Assembly (NCBI GenBank): GCA_002269645.1
Contig: NIVC01000450.1
Location: forward strand, 62,001 to 126,000
DNA: 64,000 nt
Source: Macrostomum lignano
Lineage: Eukaryota
Reading direction: 5' to 3'
Numbering within the stretch: position 1 is the first letter of the stretch; each line of letters opens with the position of its first letter. Both the position numbers and the translations under genes were made by a program. Below the pieces are notes generated by a model. That model was given only the letters and a program-made list of their open reading frames with translations, made no database searches and was not told the origin of the DNA. Below, piece after piece: positions 37,403-49,400 of the stretch.

Positions 37403-38318
37403 CTACATCAGCAAGCACTTGGATCCAGAAGACGATTTGGCCAGAAAATCGTGCTCCAGCAGCTCCTTCGCCGGCACCCTCTCGCCGACGTTTCTCTTCG
37501 TACAGCACCCGTAGAATCGTCGCAGATCCCTTGAGCAGCCATCGGGCAGTGGCGGCGCACCGCTCGCCTGCAGCAGCTCTGGAAGCGTCCAGGAGGGCGC
37601 ACTTTGAGTAAGCGACATTGTCACAACACAACCGGCGAGAGGCATTACAGTCATACGCACAGGTTTACACTCACACAGGTGTGTACAGCGGCCCTGACTT
37701 TATTTATCGCTAGGCATGTACACCTCACTGTGACTTGGGGGTTGGCCATCAAGGCCGTTAATTGCACGAGCAGAGAAAAGCCGAGATTTAAGTTTAGCCC
37801 TAAAGTAATGTGACTGCACTTGGAATCGAGCCTGGGCCGCTGGTACATCAGAGCGGCGCGCTAGACCGCTGGGCTACGGCCTCTCCTCAGGTGCAGATGA
37901 GTGCAGTTGAGTTACGGTTTTAATTTTCAATTCAAAACAGCTCCATGTACTGCTCAAGCTCTTACCTGCTTGCAGAACTTCTGTATGACAGCCTCTTTAA
38001 GAGGCTTCTCATCAATAAACGCCTCCAGGGTGCGGCCGCCCAGCAGCTCCATAATCTGAGCTAGATGCAACATTTTCACAATGTTCTTGTCCCGCAGGTG
38101 AAGCAAGGGTGACTGGGCTTCAATGGCTCTGTTGATTTGGGAGTTAGCGGAGTCCACGTTGCCGCTCGGCCACTGCATGCTGCCCCACAGGAAGTTTGAC
38201 CGCTTTTGCAGCACACCTGAGGTTCTTGTCGGTGAGCACCTCAGTGACGATAGCGAAGCTGCCTTTACTCAGAACGCGGATTGAGTCCCACTTCTCTATG
38301 AATGTCGGACAGCCGGGA
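37403..38318 (-). pseudogene. Protein kinase (STE-group-like) pseudogene fragments, interrupted by a SINE
   Basis: Exon 38318-37966 (AG/GT flanked): LSKGSFAIV..AAKAV, frameshift, IMELLGGRTLEAFIDEKPLKEAVIQKFCKQ. C-terminal piece about 37617-37403: PLPDGCSRDLRRFYGCCTKRNVGERVPAKELLEHDFL. No HRD/DFG/APE found. Confidence 0.78.
37618..37885 (-). mobile_element. tRNA-derived SINE, family A, copy 2
   Basis: Minus strand begins GAGAGGCCGTAGCCCAGCGGTCTAGCGCGCC...GGCTCGATTCC (A and B boxes); body matches the other copies; ends in TGTG-rich tail. Confidence 0.87.
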
Positions 38319-38535
38319 CTGAAAATCGAATGCAAAGCGCTGATATGTATTTTTTCTGATCTATAATACTTGAATCAATCGTCGATTTAATAAAACACTT
38401 ACGATGGATCAAGCGGCTCATTAAAGTACTTCTTGATAGCGTAGTCGGACTTGCAAAAAAGTACATAAGGCTGTTGGAGGCAAGATTTTACTGTATGTAT
38501 TGTATTTAAATCGCACATGCATGTTTCGTACATAA

Positions 38536-38792
38536 TTGTCACACAACCGGCGAGAGGCATTACTGCCGATTCCGCCGACTCCCATGAGGAGGCACACAAT
38601 CGCGCGGGTACGTTACGCAGTCATACGCACGGGCACACACACAGTGATTCAATTTATCGCTAGGCATGTATACTTCACTGTGCCTTGGGGGTTGACCCTT
38701 AAAGCCCTTAATTGCATGAGCAGACCCAAGTCAAGATTTAAGTTTAGCCCCTGACTTGCGATTGGAATCGACCCTGAGCCGCTGGTACATCA
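38536..38792 (-). mobile_element. tRNA-derived SINE, family A, copy 3 (lacks A box)
   Basis: Aligns with copies 1 and 2 from the B box to the tail. Confidence 0.82.
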
Positions 38793-38879
38793 TGATAAAA
38801 TTCAGCAGTTCAAATTGGGTCAAAGCAAATTAAAGGGATAAACTTAAACCGCTGAACGCGTCTGATTCTTGCGCCATGA

Positions 38880-38995
38880 TCCCGGGTCGATTATTAGAAA
38901 GTCTGTGTTGCTGTACACCCTGTGTGAGTGTGTGTATGAGTGCCGTGCCTGCGGACAGCATTGACGCGCTTGGTTGTGCTCAGGAGTCAGTGGAG
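38880..38995 (+). mobile_element. SINE family A, diverged partial copy 4 (opposite orientation)
   Basis: Reverse complement contains CTGACTCCTGAGCAC..CAAGCGCG..CACACACTCACACAGGGTGTACAGC, matching the family body. Confidence 0.6.
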
Positions 38996-39476
38996 GCTTT
39001 TTCGTTGTCCCTGACGATGTCCAGCGCAGAATCCCAGTAATTCGAGTGCAGCCAACCGTCTGTCCACCAGCTGCATGAGGGCCGTGCATTCGGTTTTAGG
39101 ACTTCTTGCGTTGGCGGAGGCTCCCGTATCCAGCTGCATAGTGCACCAGACTGCCTTCTTTGATGCTGCCCATTACAGTGGGGTCTCCCAGATTCAGAAG
39201 TAGCTTCTAAGTCTGTATGTCAATTGGAGCATCGCTCTGTGCTGCAGAGAACAGCAGGGTGCGGCCCATTAGATTGGGAATGTCGCAGTTGAATCGAGTT
39301 GCCGCCTTCCTCAGACCAGCCAAATCTCCTTCATCAAACAGTCGCTTCAGCTCGAACAACTCATCGGTTTTCCTAAATGAAGAAAATGCATCACACAAAG
39401 CAGAACTGTGTAGCACAATTTCCAAAGCTTTTACAGCACTGGCTGGAGTCACTTACCGAATTTGGGGCAGCCTCAT
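38996..39476 (-). pseudogene. Ankyrin-repeat pseudogene exons, probably the 5' part of the adjacent kinase pseudogene
   Basis: ATG 39476, exon to 39457, GT-AG intron 39456-39373, then KTDELFELK...NLMGRTLLFSAA...*KLLLNLGDP...SLVHYAAGYG, frameshift, GASANARS..TALMQL; in-frame TAG at 39209-39207. Confidence 0.68.
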
Positions 39477-39614
39477 CACTGCCACCACAACAACTCTGCG
39501 CTACTTTAAAAACTAAATGAAAGAGATAACTAAACTGAAACAATGCAGGAACTCAACTTTTGCCACATCTTTGACATGGCATCCACCTATCCAGGAGATT
39601 ATGGGTATGGGCGC

Positions 39615-40205
39615 CAATTAAGAGACAGGGGCGACCACAAAGAGACAGGGGCGCCCACCAAGTGACAGGGGCGCCCACCAAGAGACAGGGGCGCCCACAA
39701 AAAGACAGGGGCGACCACAAAAAGACAGGGGCGCCCACCAAGAGACAGGGTCACCCACAAAAAGACAGGGGCGCCCACCAAGAGACAGGGGCGCCCACCA
39801 AGAGACTCTCCCAGATAGCAAGCATCCCCCAGATAGCAAGCATCCTCCCAGATAGCAAGCATCCCCCAGATAGCAAGCATCCCCCAGATAGCAAGCATCT
39901 TTCCAGATGTTTGCTATGAATCTCTTTTTTACTAACATTAACAAAGACGACAAAATAAAGCTTTCTCAAAGATAGCAGACATTCCCCTAAATAGAAAATA
40001 TCCCCAAGACAGCAAGCATCCCCCAAATAGCAAGCACCCCCCCTCCAAGAGTAATCAACCGCAGATAGCAAGCATCCCCCAGATAGCAAGTATCCCCCCT
40101 CCAAGAGTAATCAACCGCAGATAGCAAGCATCCCCCAGATAGCAAGTATCCCCCCTCCAAGAGTAATCAACCGCAGATAGCAAGCATCCCCTCAGATAGC
40201 AAGCA
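39615..40205. repeat. Two abutting minisatellites: 20-bp AGAGACAGGGGCGCCCACCA (39615-39805) and 18-bp CCCAGATAGCAAGCATCC (39806-40205)
   Basis: Tandem units visible directly. Confidence 0.9.
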
Positions 40206-41074
40206 TCCACCCGACAGCAAGTAGCTAATGCAAATATTTTCTCAGCTAATGCAATAATCGCTTTTTCAGGTTGTGCAATAAACCATGTCTCAGCTAGCGC
40301 AATAATCCTCTTCTCATCTAGTGCAATGATCATTTACTCATAAAGTGCAATAATCCTTGGTTTTTCAAGTGCAGTAATCCTTGGCTTATCAAGGTAATGC
40401 CTTGCTAAAACTACCTGCACTAGATAGGATGACATAGCCAGACCACCTTTTTAGTGAGGCTTTTATCCACAGTGAACTGGTTAGGTTACTGAGATACAGA
40501 GACACATACTTCTCTTGCCATGAACAGGGCCAGTCCAGTGCGTATGAAAAACAGCCAATGCAATTTGTTGAATTTCTGCTAAAGTACATGCGCAGCAAAC
40601 TACACTAACTGACTTGCTTTTCTTAGACTTACCGGGGGCAATCTGCCCCCATTTGGGAGGCAACAAAGAAAGGAGTCAATTTTTTGGCTGAATTGACTCC
40701 TTTTTAAACTCGATCAAGTTTGTGCTTGTCTCTGAAAACAGAGTCTTAGATCGGACAGTACATCAGAAACTTAATTTGTAACGATTTACAGGAAGACAAA
40801 TTTCAGTGGATCTGGATGAAAGACACATTTAAGGGTTGTGACAAAAGAAGACGCCCCAAGTATTTGATTTAGAAAATTGCAGCTCACTGACTAAGTTGTA
40901 GTTGACAATCTACTCAAGTAGATATCTTTCATTGGGTTGAAAAATCGCAAATCCTATAGACTAATATGGCTACTGCTAGTAGTAGCCGTTCATCAGAATT
41001 CAACTTTGAGGTGTATATAAAGAGAGGTAGAAGATGAAGCAATTTCTTCTCCTGAAACGCCAGAGCCAGAAGCA

Positions 41075-42306
41075 ATGGTCCACAGCCGCTTTTTCATGCT
41101 CATCGCCTGCTCGGCAGTCCTGTTGACCTGCGCGGTCTGGGGCAGAGTGCTCCGAGTTTCCTACATTGGCTGCTTTTTTGACGATTCTGACAGGGATCTG
41201 AATGGGCTGGCAGGCATCACTGCAATCGGTGCTGAATCCGTACACAAAGAAAAAACTTCAAATATGGACATGACTATTGAGTTCTGCAGTGACTTCTGCT
41301 CCGTTGGAGGCTTTAATTATTTTGGACTGCAGGGCCAACAACAATGCTTCTGCGGCAGGTCCTACGGTCGTCACGGAAAGTCCACTGAAACTGATTGCAG
41401 CCGTCCTTGCTCGGGAAACTCGAGTCAGATGTGCGGAGGAAATTGGCGCAACTCGGTGTTCTCTCTGACCTACCCAAGTAAGCTTGGCGTTGAGAACAGA
41501 CTTTTTACCTATATGTACTCTTTAGTCTGCGCGTAAAAGTATTTTAGCTTGCGGCCAAACAGGGAAACATATACACTAAGGACTACTAAAATAGAAGTAC
41601 GCAACACTTGAAATCTATGGAAAATGTTTTGAAGGCCACTTTTCGACGAAAAATACACTACGGAGATAGGAAGTTTCCATTTTTTCAGCACATAAATTGT
41701 CATTGCTTTCAATAGGAGGCAGACCCAATGTTCATCTTTTGATATGTTGTGCCTTTCTTATAGCTTTATTGCGCGGCGCATCTGAAGGCTGCGTACGGCT
41801 GTTCAGTCCAAGGACTGGGGGGTCGCCACACACATCCTCCAATTACCCCAGCTTAATGCTTGGCAACCTATTTTACAGCTGGGTGAACTGGAGTTAAGTT
41901 TCTTGCTCAAGGACACAAATTGTTCCGAATAGGTCGAGAATCGAACCCCCCAACCTTTCAGTCGGGAGTCAGACGCTATAACCACTAGACTACAACCCCT
42001 ATCTATACAATCTATACAAGTTACAACAACTATATCATTAATTTTCTATTGTCTTCCAATTAAACTTCAGAGATGAGCTGCTTCAAGCAGTCGAAGATGC
42101 CTAACCTCACGGTCTCGTCAACCCTACCGACCTCCTGGAGCCTCGCTGCCCAAACAGCTCTGGACTGCCTGATCCTGTGCGAGGCCTCAGCTGACTGCCA
42201 GGCTGTGATTTTCTCTGGCCAGCAGCGCCTGTGCCACCTGCTGAGATTCGCCTACCCGCCTGTCAATCTGAGCAGCACCGACGGAGACTACTTCGTGCGT
42301 GGATGA
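41075..42306 (+). CDS. Secreted WSC + PAN/apple-like protein, paralog B, 212 aa; exons 41075-41477 and 42071-42306
   Basis: Signal peptide; WSC (YIGCFFD...MTIEFCSDFC...YFGLQGQQQCFCG...CSRPCSGNSSQMCGG); phase-1 GTAAGC..CAG intron; PAN-like CLILCEASADCQAVIFSGQQRLCHLL; in frame to TGA. Confidence 0.9.
41765..41999 (-). mobile_element. tRNA-derived SINE, family B, fuller copy with CORE-like middle, inside the WSC-B intron
   Basis: Reverse complement: GGGGTTGTAGTCTAGTGGTTATAGCG...GGTTCGATTCTC...GTGTCCTTGAGCAAGAAACTTAAC...CAGCTGTAAAATAGG...; matches 29127-29317. Confidence 0.87.
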
Positions 42307-43381
42307 ATTTACCTCTACTACCTTGATTCAGCGATTGGCATCAATTATGAAGACTAATTTCATAGACAAACTGAAAGCAACTCTTAACATCTTGTGGCTA
42401 TACTTAATGAATAATTTTATTTTAGAAGGAAAAATAAGGTTTTCAAATAATAAATTTATGATCAGTTTTTGGTTTCGCAGTTAATTTTGAATGGCTCTGA
42501 ATAGCCGTACAGGCCCCTACAAATTGAAATTTCAGACTTTCATTCGAATACTGTTCGATACTTTCAGCTCAAAATGCTGGACTGAAATGAATGTCAGACA
42601 TTCGCAGGGAGATTCTGTTCGCATTTCTCAATCGATGACCCTAAGGGGCCGACTTCACGAAGGAAATACAAGTGACGTTTTTTCCTAACTTTCAAGACGG
42701 GCGTCTCTTGGGGCCATAGACAAAACAATTTCGTTTTTTCGAAGCCATAAAACAGTTTTTAAGCTGTCCATGGCCTTGGTTGAAGTACGAGGACTCATAT
42801 ATGACAGGAATCGGACACCTAGTTTGGCCATATAGACAGCGCTGCAATGGCTATCCTCCTTCTCAGCTAGGACACAGTTGGTTGCTCAAAACTCTGAAGC
42901 CGAAATTATTGTCACTTGTCACTGGCTGCAATAAAATACAAGATGCATTGAAGAGAACCTGCAGCATCTGCTGTTTGCGCAGCTTAATTTCGTTTGCTAG
43001 TGGGGAATGGCTGTAAGCTTACATGCAGGCAAGAAATGTTTTAGTTCTAACAATGCTGCAAACAATTCATGTTTGCCATCCATGTTAGACAAGTTCTGGA
43101 AAGGCAGAATTTTCCTATTTTCTTCAAAAGTGTCTATCGCTTTATTACATAAGAGCGCATTGTGTAGAAACTCTGGAGGGAAGAGATGTGCTGGCTCATT
43201 AGCCTAACTACTGTTAGCATAGTTCTCAATATGCTCATCCATTCCACATTTAGCTCTCAACCTACACCCAGGATGGGTGGCCATCCAGCTTAGTGGCAGT
43301 TGGCGCGCATAGCTGTCTACGTCTTCTTGTCTGCCAATCAATTAAATTAACCTGCAGACAATGGTAGATTGTGTCTATGGT

Positions 43382-43640
43382 GACTGCTGACTGACTGACT
43401 GACTAACTGACTGACTGACTGACTGACTGACTGACTGACTGACTGACTGACTGACTGACTGACTGACTGACTGACTGACTACTGACTGACTGAGTGACTG
43501 ACTGACTGACTGACTGACTGACTGACTGACTGACTGACTGACTGACTGACTGACTGACTGACTGACTGACTGACTGACTGACTGACTGACTGACTGACTG
43601 ACTGACTGACTGACTGACTGACTGACTGACTGACTGACTG
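43382..43640. repeat. (GACT)n microsatellite
   Basis: Directly visible. Confidence 0.99.
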
Positions 43641-44039
43641 TGCTCATTTACTCGTATTTGCTCGTTTCTACTCTCTCATTTCATCGAATTAGATTGCTCT
43701 TTCGTTGGGGCAGAGCAGTGCATATTAAGCTGTAAACGACTTTCGAGCCGCGACCCCCTCGCCCTGATTCGATTCCCGTGTGCATGCAGGTACATTCATT
43801 TAGGGCAATATTGTGCTCGAAAATTGGCAGGACACAGCTAAGGGGATCCAGGGGTTGTCATTGTGCCGCTTCTTCAACCCATGGTTCGAGGGTAAACTTG
43901 TAAAAGGCATGTCTATTTTAATTTAATAGTAATACATTTCCCTAAAGTTGATAGACATTGGAAATTTGGTGTCAAGAAAGGTCACATGATCGTCAATCTA
44001 CTAATTGAAATCTGGGTGTAGAATGTCGATTCCTTTCGG

Positions 44040-44250
44040 CACGATGATCAAATTCGCCACACACCTCCCGAGGAACATCTTCAATTCAGCTGCCAGAGAC
44101 GACTTGAAGGTGCGCCTGTTCCGCACGGCCGTCGAGCTGATTCTCCTGTACAGCATGGAAGCTGTGCCGTCGACCGACACGCGATCAGAGCGAGCCCTGG
44201 AAGCCGATCTTAACCGATCGCTGCTGCGCTACGCGCTGGGCGTGCAATTC
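44040..44250 (+). mobile_element. Short RTE-like LINE ORF2 3' fragment
   Basis: LKVRLFRTAVELILLYSMEAVP...LLRYALGV resembles the post-RT region of RTE-type elements and the 33.7-kb fragment. Confidence 0.65.
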
Positions 44251-46218
44251 TCATATAGCTGATTTGAAGCATACGAGTAAAATAAAGTAAAATATCGAAA
44301 TCTATTTTTCTGCTATTCATATACCCGTATTCATTTTACAGCAAATAAATCCCAAAAGTGCCGTTGTTGATTGTAGATAACACAGTTGTAATAGGCTATA
44401 CATTCTTTACGGTATGAAATTTATTGATTTATCAGCTGTAAAACAACAGAAATGCTTTTAAGAACATACATATGTTAAAACTATTTTTTACTTCGTGTAA
44501 CAGTGCAAATAAAAGCTTTTTAAATATACATGTTTCTTATAAGTATTATAATTAGTGCATTGGCTTAATTCCCCTTAATTGAAAACAAGAAATACCGCTT
44601 TCGACCGAAAGTTGCATGCAACAACGCGCGCGGCTGTCGGCTGACCTGCCCTGTTAGCTTATAGCTAGTGTAACAATTCAAAGACTTCAATTTAATTCAA
44701 AAAATTTAATTCGCTTGTAACTTTGTTCTTTGTAAACGTGAATAAAGATTGGAAATTGTATTTTTTTATTATTGTGATCAAAAACTTAAAGAGCTAAATT
44801 TCAGATTTAAATAGGGCTATATATGCCATCTGGCTTTAAGTCTCGACTGTGTGCCTGCACGTATCGATAGTACAAATAGAAGAGAATTCTTCCGTCGCTC
44901 ACACTTTCGACTTTCACATGTAATATCCCCAACTCACTCAGATAATAATCCCGACTTCAGACCTAACCCCTACTCAATTGATTTAAATCAAAGATAAGCT
45001 CAGATCAAATCTAATCAAATTAGGTCTACTTTTAGATTTATTCAATTGATATTAATATCTCTCTTCTAGAAAGGTAAAAGATAAAAAATGACAATTTTTG
45101 GCCCCAGCTAAAAAGGAGCCATGCCATGGCCTAGGCTTGATCTACTAGACACCATTGTTGCTGCTGCATTGCCATGTCATACCACTCTGACTTTGGCTTA
45201 CTTTAACTTTAGTAGGTCATAGCTGTGGTATATTACTAATATTATTAGTCAAAAGAACAAAACATTATCACAATCACAAGAAAAGACTAGACTAAGTACT
45301 AGGCCCATCTCCTATCCATAGTCAATTCATTAGTACTATGTTAATAAGTAAGGTATTTTACAACTTTTATTTGTTGTATTTTTGTTATATATATTCCTAT
45401 TATTATTAGACCTAGTATGCATAAGGATTTTACAACTTTTATAGCATTCCTAATTTAGTGTAAATAAATTGAAAATGTTGCTTGAAAACAAATTGAAAAC
45501 AAATTGAAAATGTATTCATGCACAACCTCCAAAATTCAGTCAGCCATGTGATTTAGTTCATATACTAAAAATGAAAATGTTGATTGTTTTAACAAAAAAT
45601 ATGACATAGTTTTTGGCCAAAAATGCAACTTACCTATAAAAGATAAACATTGGCAAGAGTAACTATTACTGTCCTATTAAGGCCAAATGCCTCACAGCCT
45701 TATCATCTAATTAGTACTACATATATATTCCTTCTAGTATGCATTTTTGCAACTCACCTTGGTTGGCCACCAAATTGGTCAGCCAGATTGGCCAACTCAG
45801 CCAACTGTTTATGCATGTATGTTGGTAGTATAGAAATTATCTAATGCAAGGTTAGCATAAGAAAGGAGGATATCTAGCATAGTCTAGAGGCTAAAGCTTG
45901 ACTACAATAAAAGCTTTTTTCAGCTACAATGCAAAGCAACACAATTGCCAAACATCTACTTGTACTGACAACAATAATTCCAATTAGTGATCTTTGATAG
46001 CAAAAATTTCCTAAACTTTTGTAAACTTTGTGAGACTTACAAATCTGCAATAGTTTACTTCTTTGCAATATGCTAATATCTTATAATTTTATGAAAAATA
46101 GTATAATGCAGAAAAAGCATTTATGCCCCTAATTCTACTATATATATATTTAAAGTTTTTTCCCTCTATTAAGTGCACAAATCTCTTAAAATATAAATCC
46201 TAATCAATTGCAACTCAA

Positions 46219-46320
46219 GTCATTTTAAAGAAGAAACTTGCCACTTTCAAACAACACCAAACTTGTGTCAATGCAACTTACCAAATGTCTGCTACAAGTA
46301 AAAGTAACACTATTTTCTGG
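46219..46320 (+). repeat. about 100-bp dispersed repeat, copy 2 (copy 1 at 6079-6180)
   Basis: Near-identical to 6079-6180. Confidence 0.9.
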
Positions 46321-46476
46321 ATACCCTTTGTATATAGTTTAATTTAATTGATACCTATGTAAGTTTGATAGATAAAAAAGCTTTTTTTAATTTTATATAA
46401 TTTTTTTTTATTTCATGCAACTAATACAATAATAGCAGGTTTGACAGAAAGACAAACATACCAAGTTAACAAAAGT

Positions 46477-49400
46477 ATGTCATTGTTTAGCTGGGATGGC
46501 CTTGGACAACTCTTAGATTGGTACCAGTCAAAAGTGAGTCTTTAAAAAAATGCTTCAGTTTGGTTTTTAAACAGGATATTTTTGCTGTTATCAAATCATG
46601 TTCTTGCAATATTTATTTCTAGATTACCAATTATGATCAGCAGCTGTGGGAACAAAGTGTTGAGCAACGAATTCTAAAGGTAAAAATTGAACAAATCTTG
46701 TTGTAATTGGCTTTGCTATTAGTATTTTAGTTATGGGCCAGACCTTTTATTAAACATTGTGTTTTTTGTTCTTTGTAGAGCCTTGAAAACAGGCCAACTA
46801 AAAAAGCTACTGGCCTCAATTCAGAACTAATCGATGTGGATCTTGTTCGAGGTTTGTAGTTTTGATTTCTTTATTTCACCAATTTTTGTGGTTGCTGGGC
46901 CAGCCTCCCAGATTCTCAGTTTCTGGGCCAGCCTCCCAGATCCTCAGTTGCTGGGCCAGCCTCCCAATTCCTCAGTTGCTGGGCCAGCCTCCCGATTCCT
47001 CAGTTGCTGGGCCAATACCTTAGATCCTCAGTTGCTGGGTCACAGCCTCTCAGATCCTCAGTTGCTGGGCCAGCCTCCCAATTCCTCAGTTGCTGGGCCA
47101 GCCTCCCAGAGTGTCAGTTGCTGGGCCAGCCTCCCAGAGTGTCAGTTGCTGGGCCAGCCTCCCAGATCCTCAGTTGCTGGGCCACCAGCCTCCCAGATGC
47201 TCAATTGCTGGGCCAGCCTCCCAGATCCTAACTCCCTGGTTCAACCCAGATTCCCAGACTTCATCACGCCTAAACAAATCGAACCTCGAATACCATTGTC
47301 CAGGCTCGGCCTTTTCCAAGGCTAAATCGGACCACGAGCTGTCAGCTGTGATTGGCAAGGGCGCCTATCGCACCCTACTGATGCCGTTCTGTCTGTCATG
47401 GTGGCGCAGTCACACCAGTCCTCGAACCACTGCCCTACTGCTAGTGCTATACTGCCTAGCCTTCGTACACATGGGTTTGTACTTCTTTCTGCCGGATCAG
47501 GACAGCACTAAAACACCAATCTGGCATTCGGCCGAGCTGTTAACTCCGCTGATTTTCTTACTACTGCTGGGCCAAATGCATTCGCAGATTGTGGCAACGC
47601 ATAGCAAAAAGACTAAAGCGAGACTGGCGTATGCAAGTCTGAATAACGGTAAGCTACCAGTGCAAAAGTACATCCTCAGTTGAAGGTGATTGGGAGAGAG
47701 AGACTGAAGGTGAGAGAAAGAGACTGAAGATGAGGGAGAGAGAGACTGAAGGTGAGGGAGAGAAAGACTGAAGGTGAGGGAGAGAGAGACTGAAGATGAG
47801 GGAGAGAGAGACTGAAGGTGAGGGAGAGAGAGACTGATAGTGAGGGAGAGAGAGACTGATAGTGAGGAAAAGAGACTGAAAGTGAGGGAGAGAGAGACTG
47901 ATAGTGAGGGAGAGAGAGAGAGACTGATAGTGAGGGAGAGAGAGACTGAAGGTGAGGGAGAGAGAGACTGATAGTGAGGTAGAGAGACTGAAGGTGAGGG
48001 AAAGAGACTGAAGGTGAGGGAGAGAGACTGAAAGTGAGGGAGAGAGAGACTGAAAGTGAGGGAGAGAGAGACTGAAGGTGAGGGAGAGAGAGACTGAAAG
48101 TGAGGGAGAGAGAGACTGAAGGTGAGGGAGAGAGAGACTGAAGGTGAGGGAGAGAGAGACTGAAAGTGAGGGAGACAGAGACTGAAAGTGAGGGGGAGAG
48201 AGACTGAAAGTGAGGGAGAGAGAGAGACTGAAAGTGAGGGAGACAGAGACTGAAAGTGAGGGAGATAGAGACTGAAGGTGAGGGAGAGAGAGACTGAAGG
48301 TGAGAGAAAGAGAGAGACTGAAGGTGAGGGAGAGAGAGACTGAAGGTGAGAGAAAGAGAGAGACTGAAGATGAGGGAGAGAGAGACTGAAAGTGAGGGGG
48401 AGAGAGACTGAAAGTGAGGGAGAGAGAGACTGAAAGTGAGGGAGAGAGAGACTGATAGTGAGGGAGAGAGAGACTGAAGGTGAGGGAGATAGAGACTGAA
48501 GGTGAGGGAGATAGAGACTGAAGGTGAGGGAGATAGAGACTGAAGGTGAGGGAGAGAGAGACTGAAGGTGAGAGAAAAAGAGAGACTGAAGGTGAGGGAG
48601 AGAGAGACTGAAAGTGAGAGAAAGAGAGAGACTGATAGTGAGGGAGAGAGAGACTGATAGTGAGGGAGAGAGAGACTGAAGGTGAGGGAGAGAGAGACTG
48701 AAGGTGAGGGAGATAGAGACTGAAGGTGAGGGAGATAGAGACTGAAGGTGAGGGAGAGAGAGACTGAAGGTGAGAGAAAAAGAGAGACTGAAGGTGAGGG
48801 AGAGAGAGACTGAAAGTGAGAGAAAGAGAGAGACTGATAGTGAGGGAGAGAGAGACTGATAGTGAGGGAGAGAGAGACTGATAGTGAGGGAGAGAGAGAC
48901 TGAAGGTGAGGGAGAGAGAGACTGATAGTGAGGTAGAGAGACTGAAGGTGAGGGAAAGAGACTGAAGGTGAGGGAGAGAGAGACTGATAGTGAGGTAGAG
49001 AGACTGAAGGTGAGGGAAAGAGACTGAAGGTGAGGGAGAGAGACTGAAAGTGAGGGAAAGAGACTGAAGGTGAGGGAGAGAGAGACTGAAAGTGAGGGAG
49101 AGAGAGACTGATAGTGAGGGAGAGAGAGACTGATAGTGAGGGAGAGAGAGACTGAAGGTGAGGGAGAGAGAGACTGATAGTGAGGTAGAGAGACTGAAGG
49201 TGAGGGAAAGAGACTGAAGGTGAGGGAGAGAGACTGAAAGTGAGGGAAAGAGACTGAAGGTGAGGGAGAGAGAGACTGAAAGTGAGGGAGAGAGAGACTG
49301 AAGGTGAGGGAGAGAGAGACTGAAGGTGAGGGAGAGAGAGACTGAAAGTGAGGGAGAGAGAGACTGAAGGTGAGGGAGAGAGAGACTGAAAGTGAGGGAG

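Noticed and set aside
42780-43260. hAT dimerisation-domain relic on the minus strand (SAFPELV...)
   Set aside because: Only a few residues match, with many stops; not supportable without a search.
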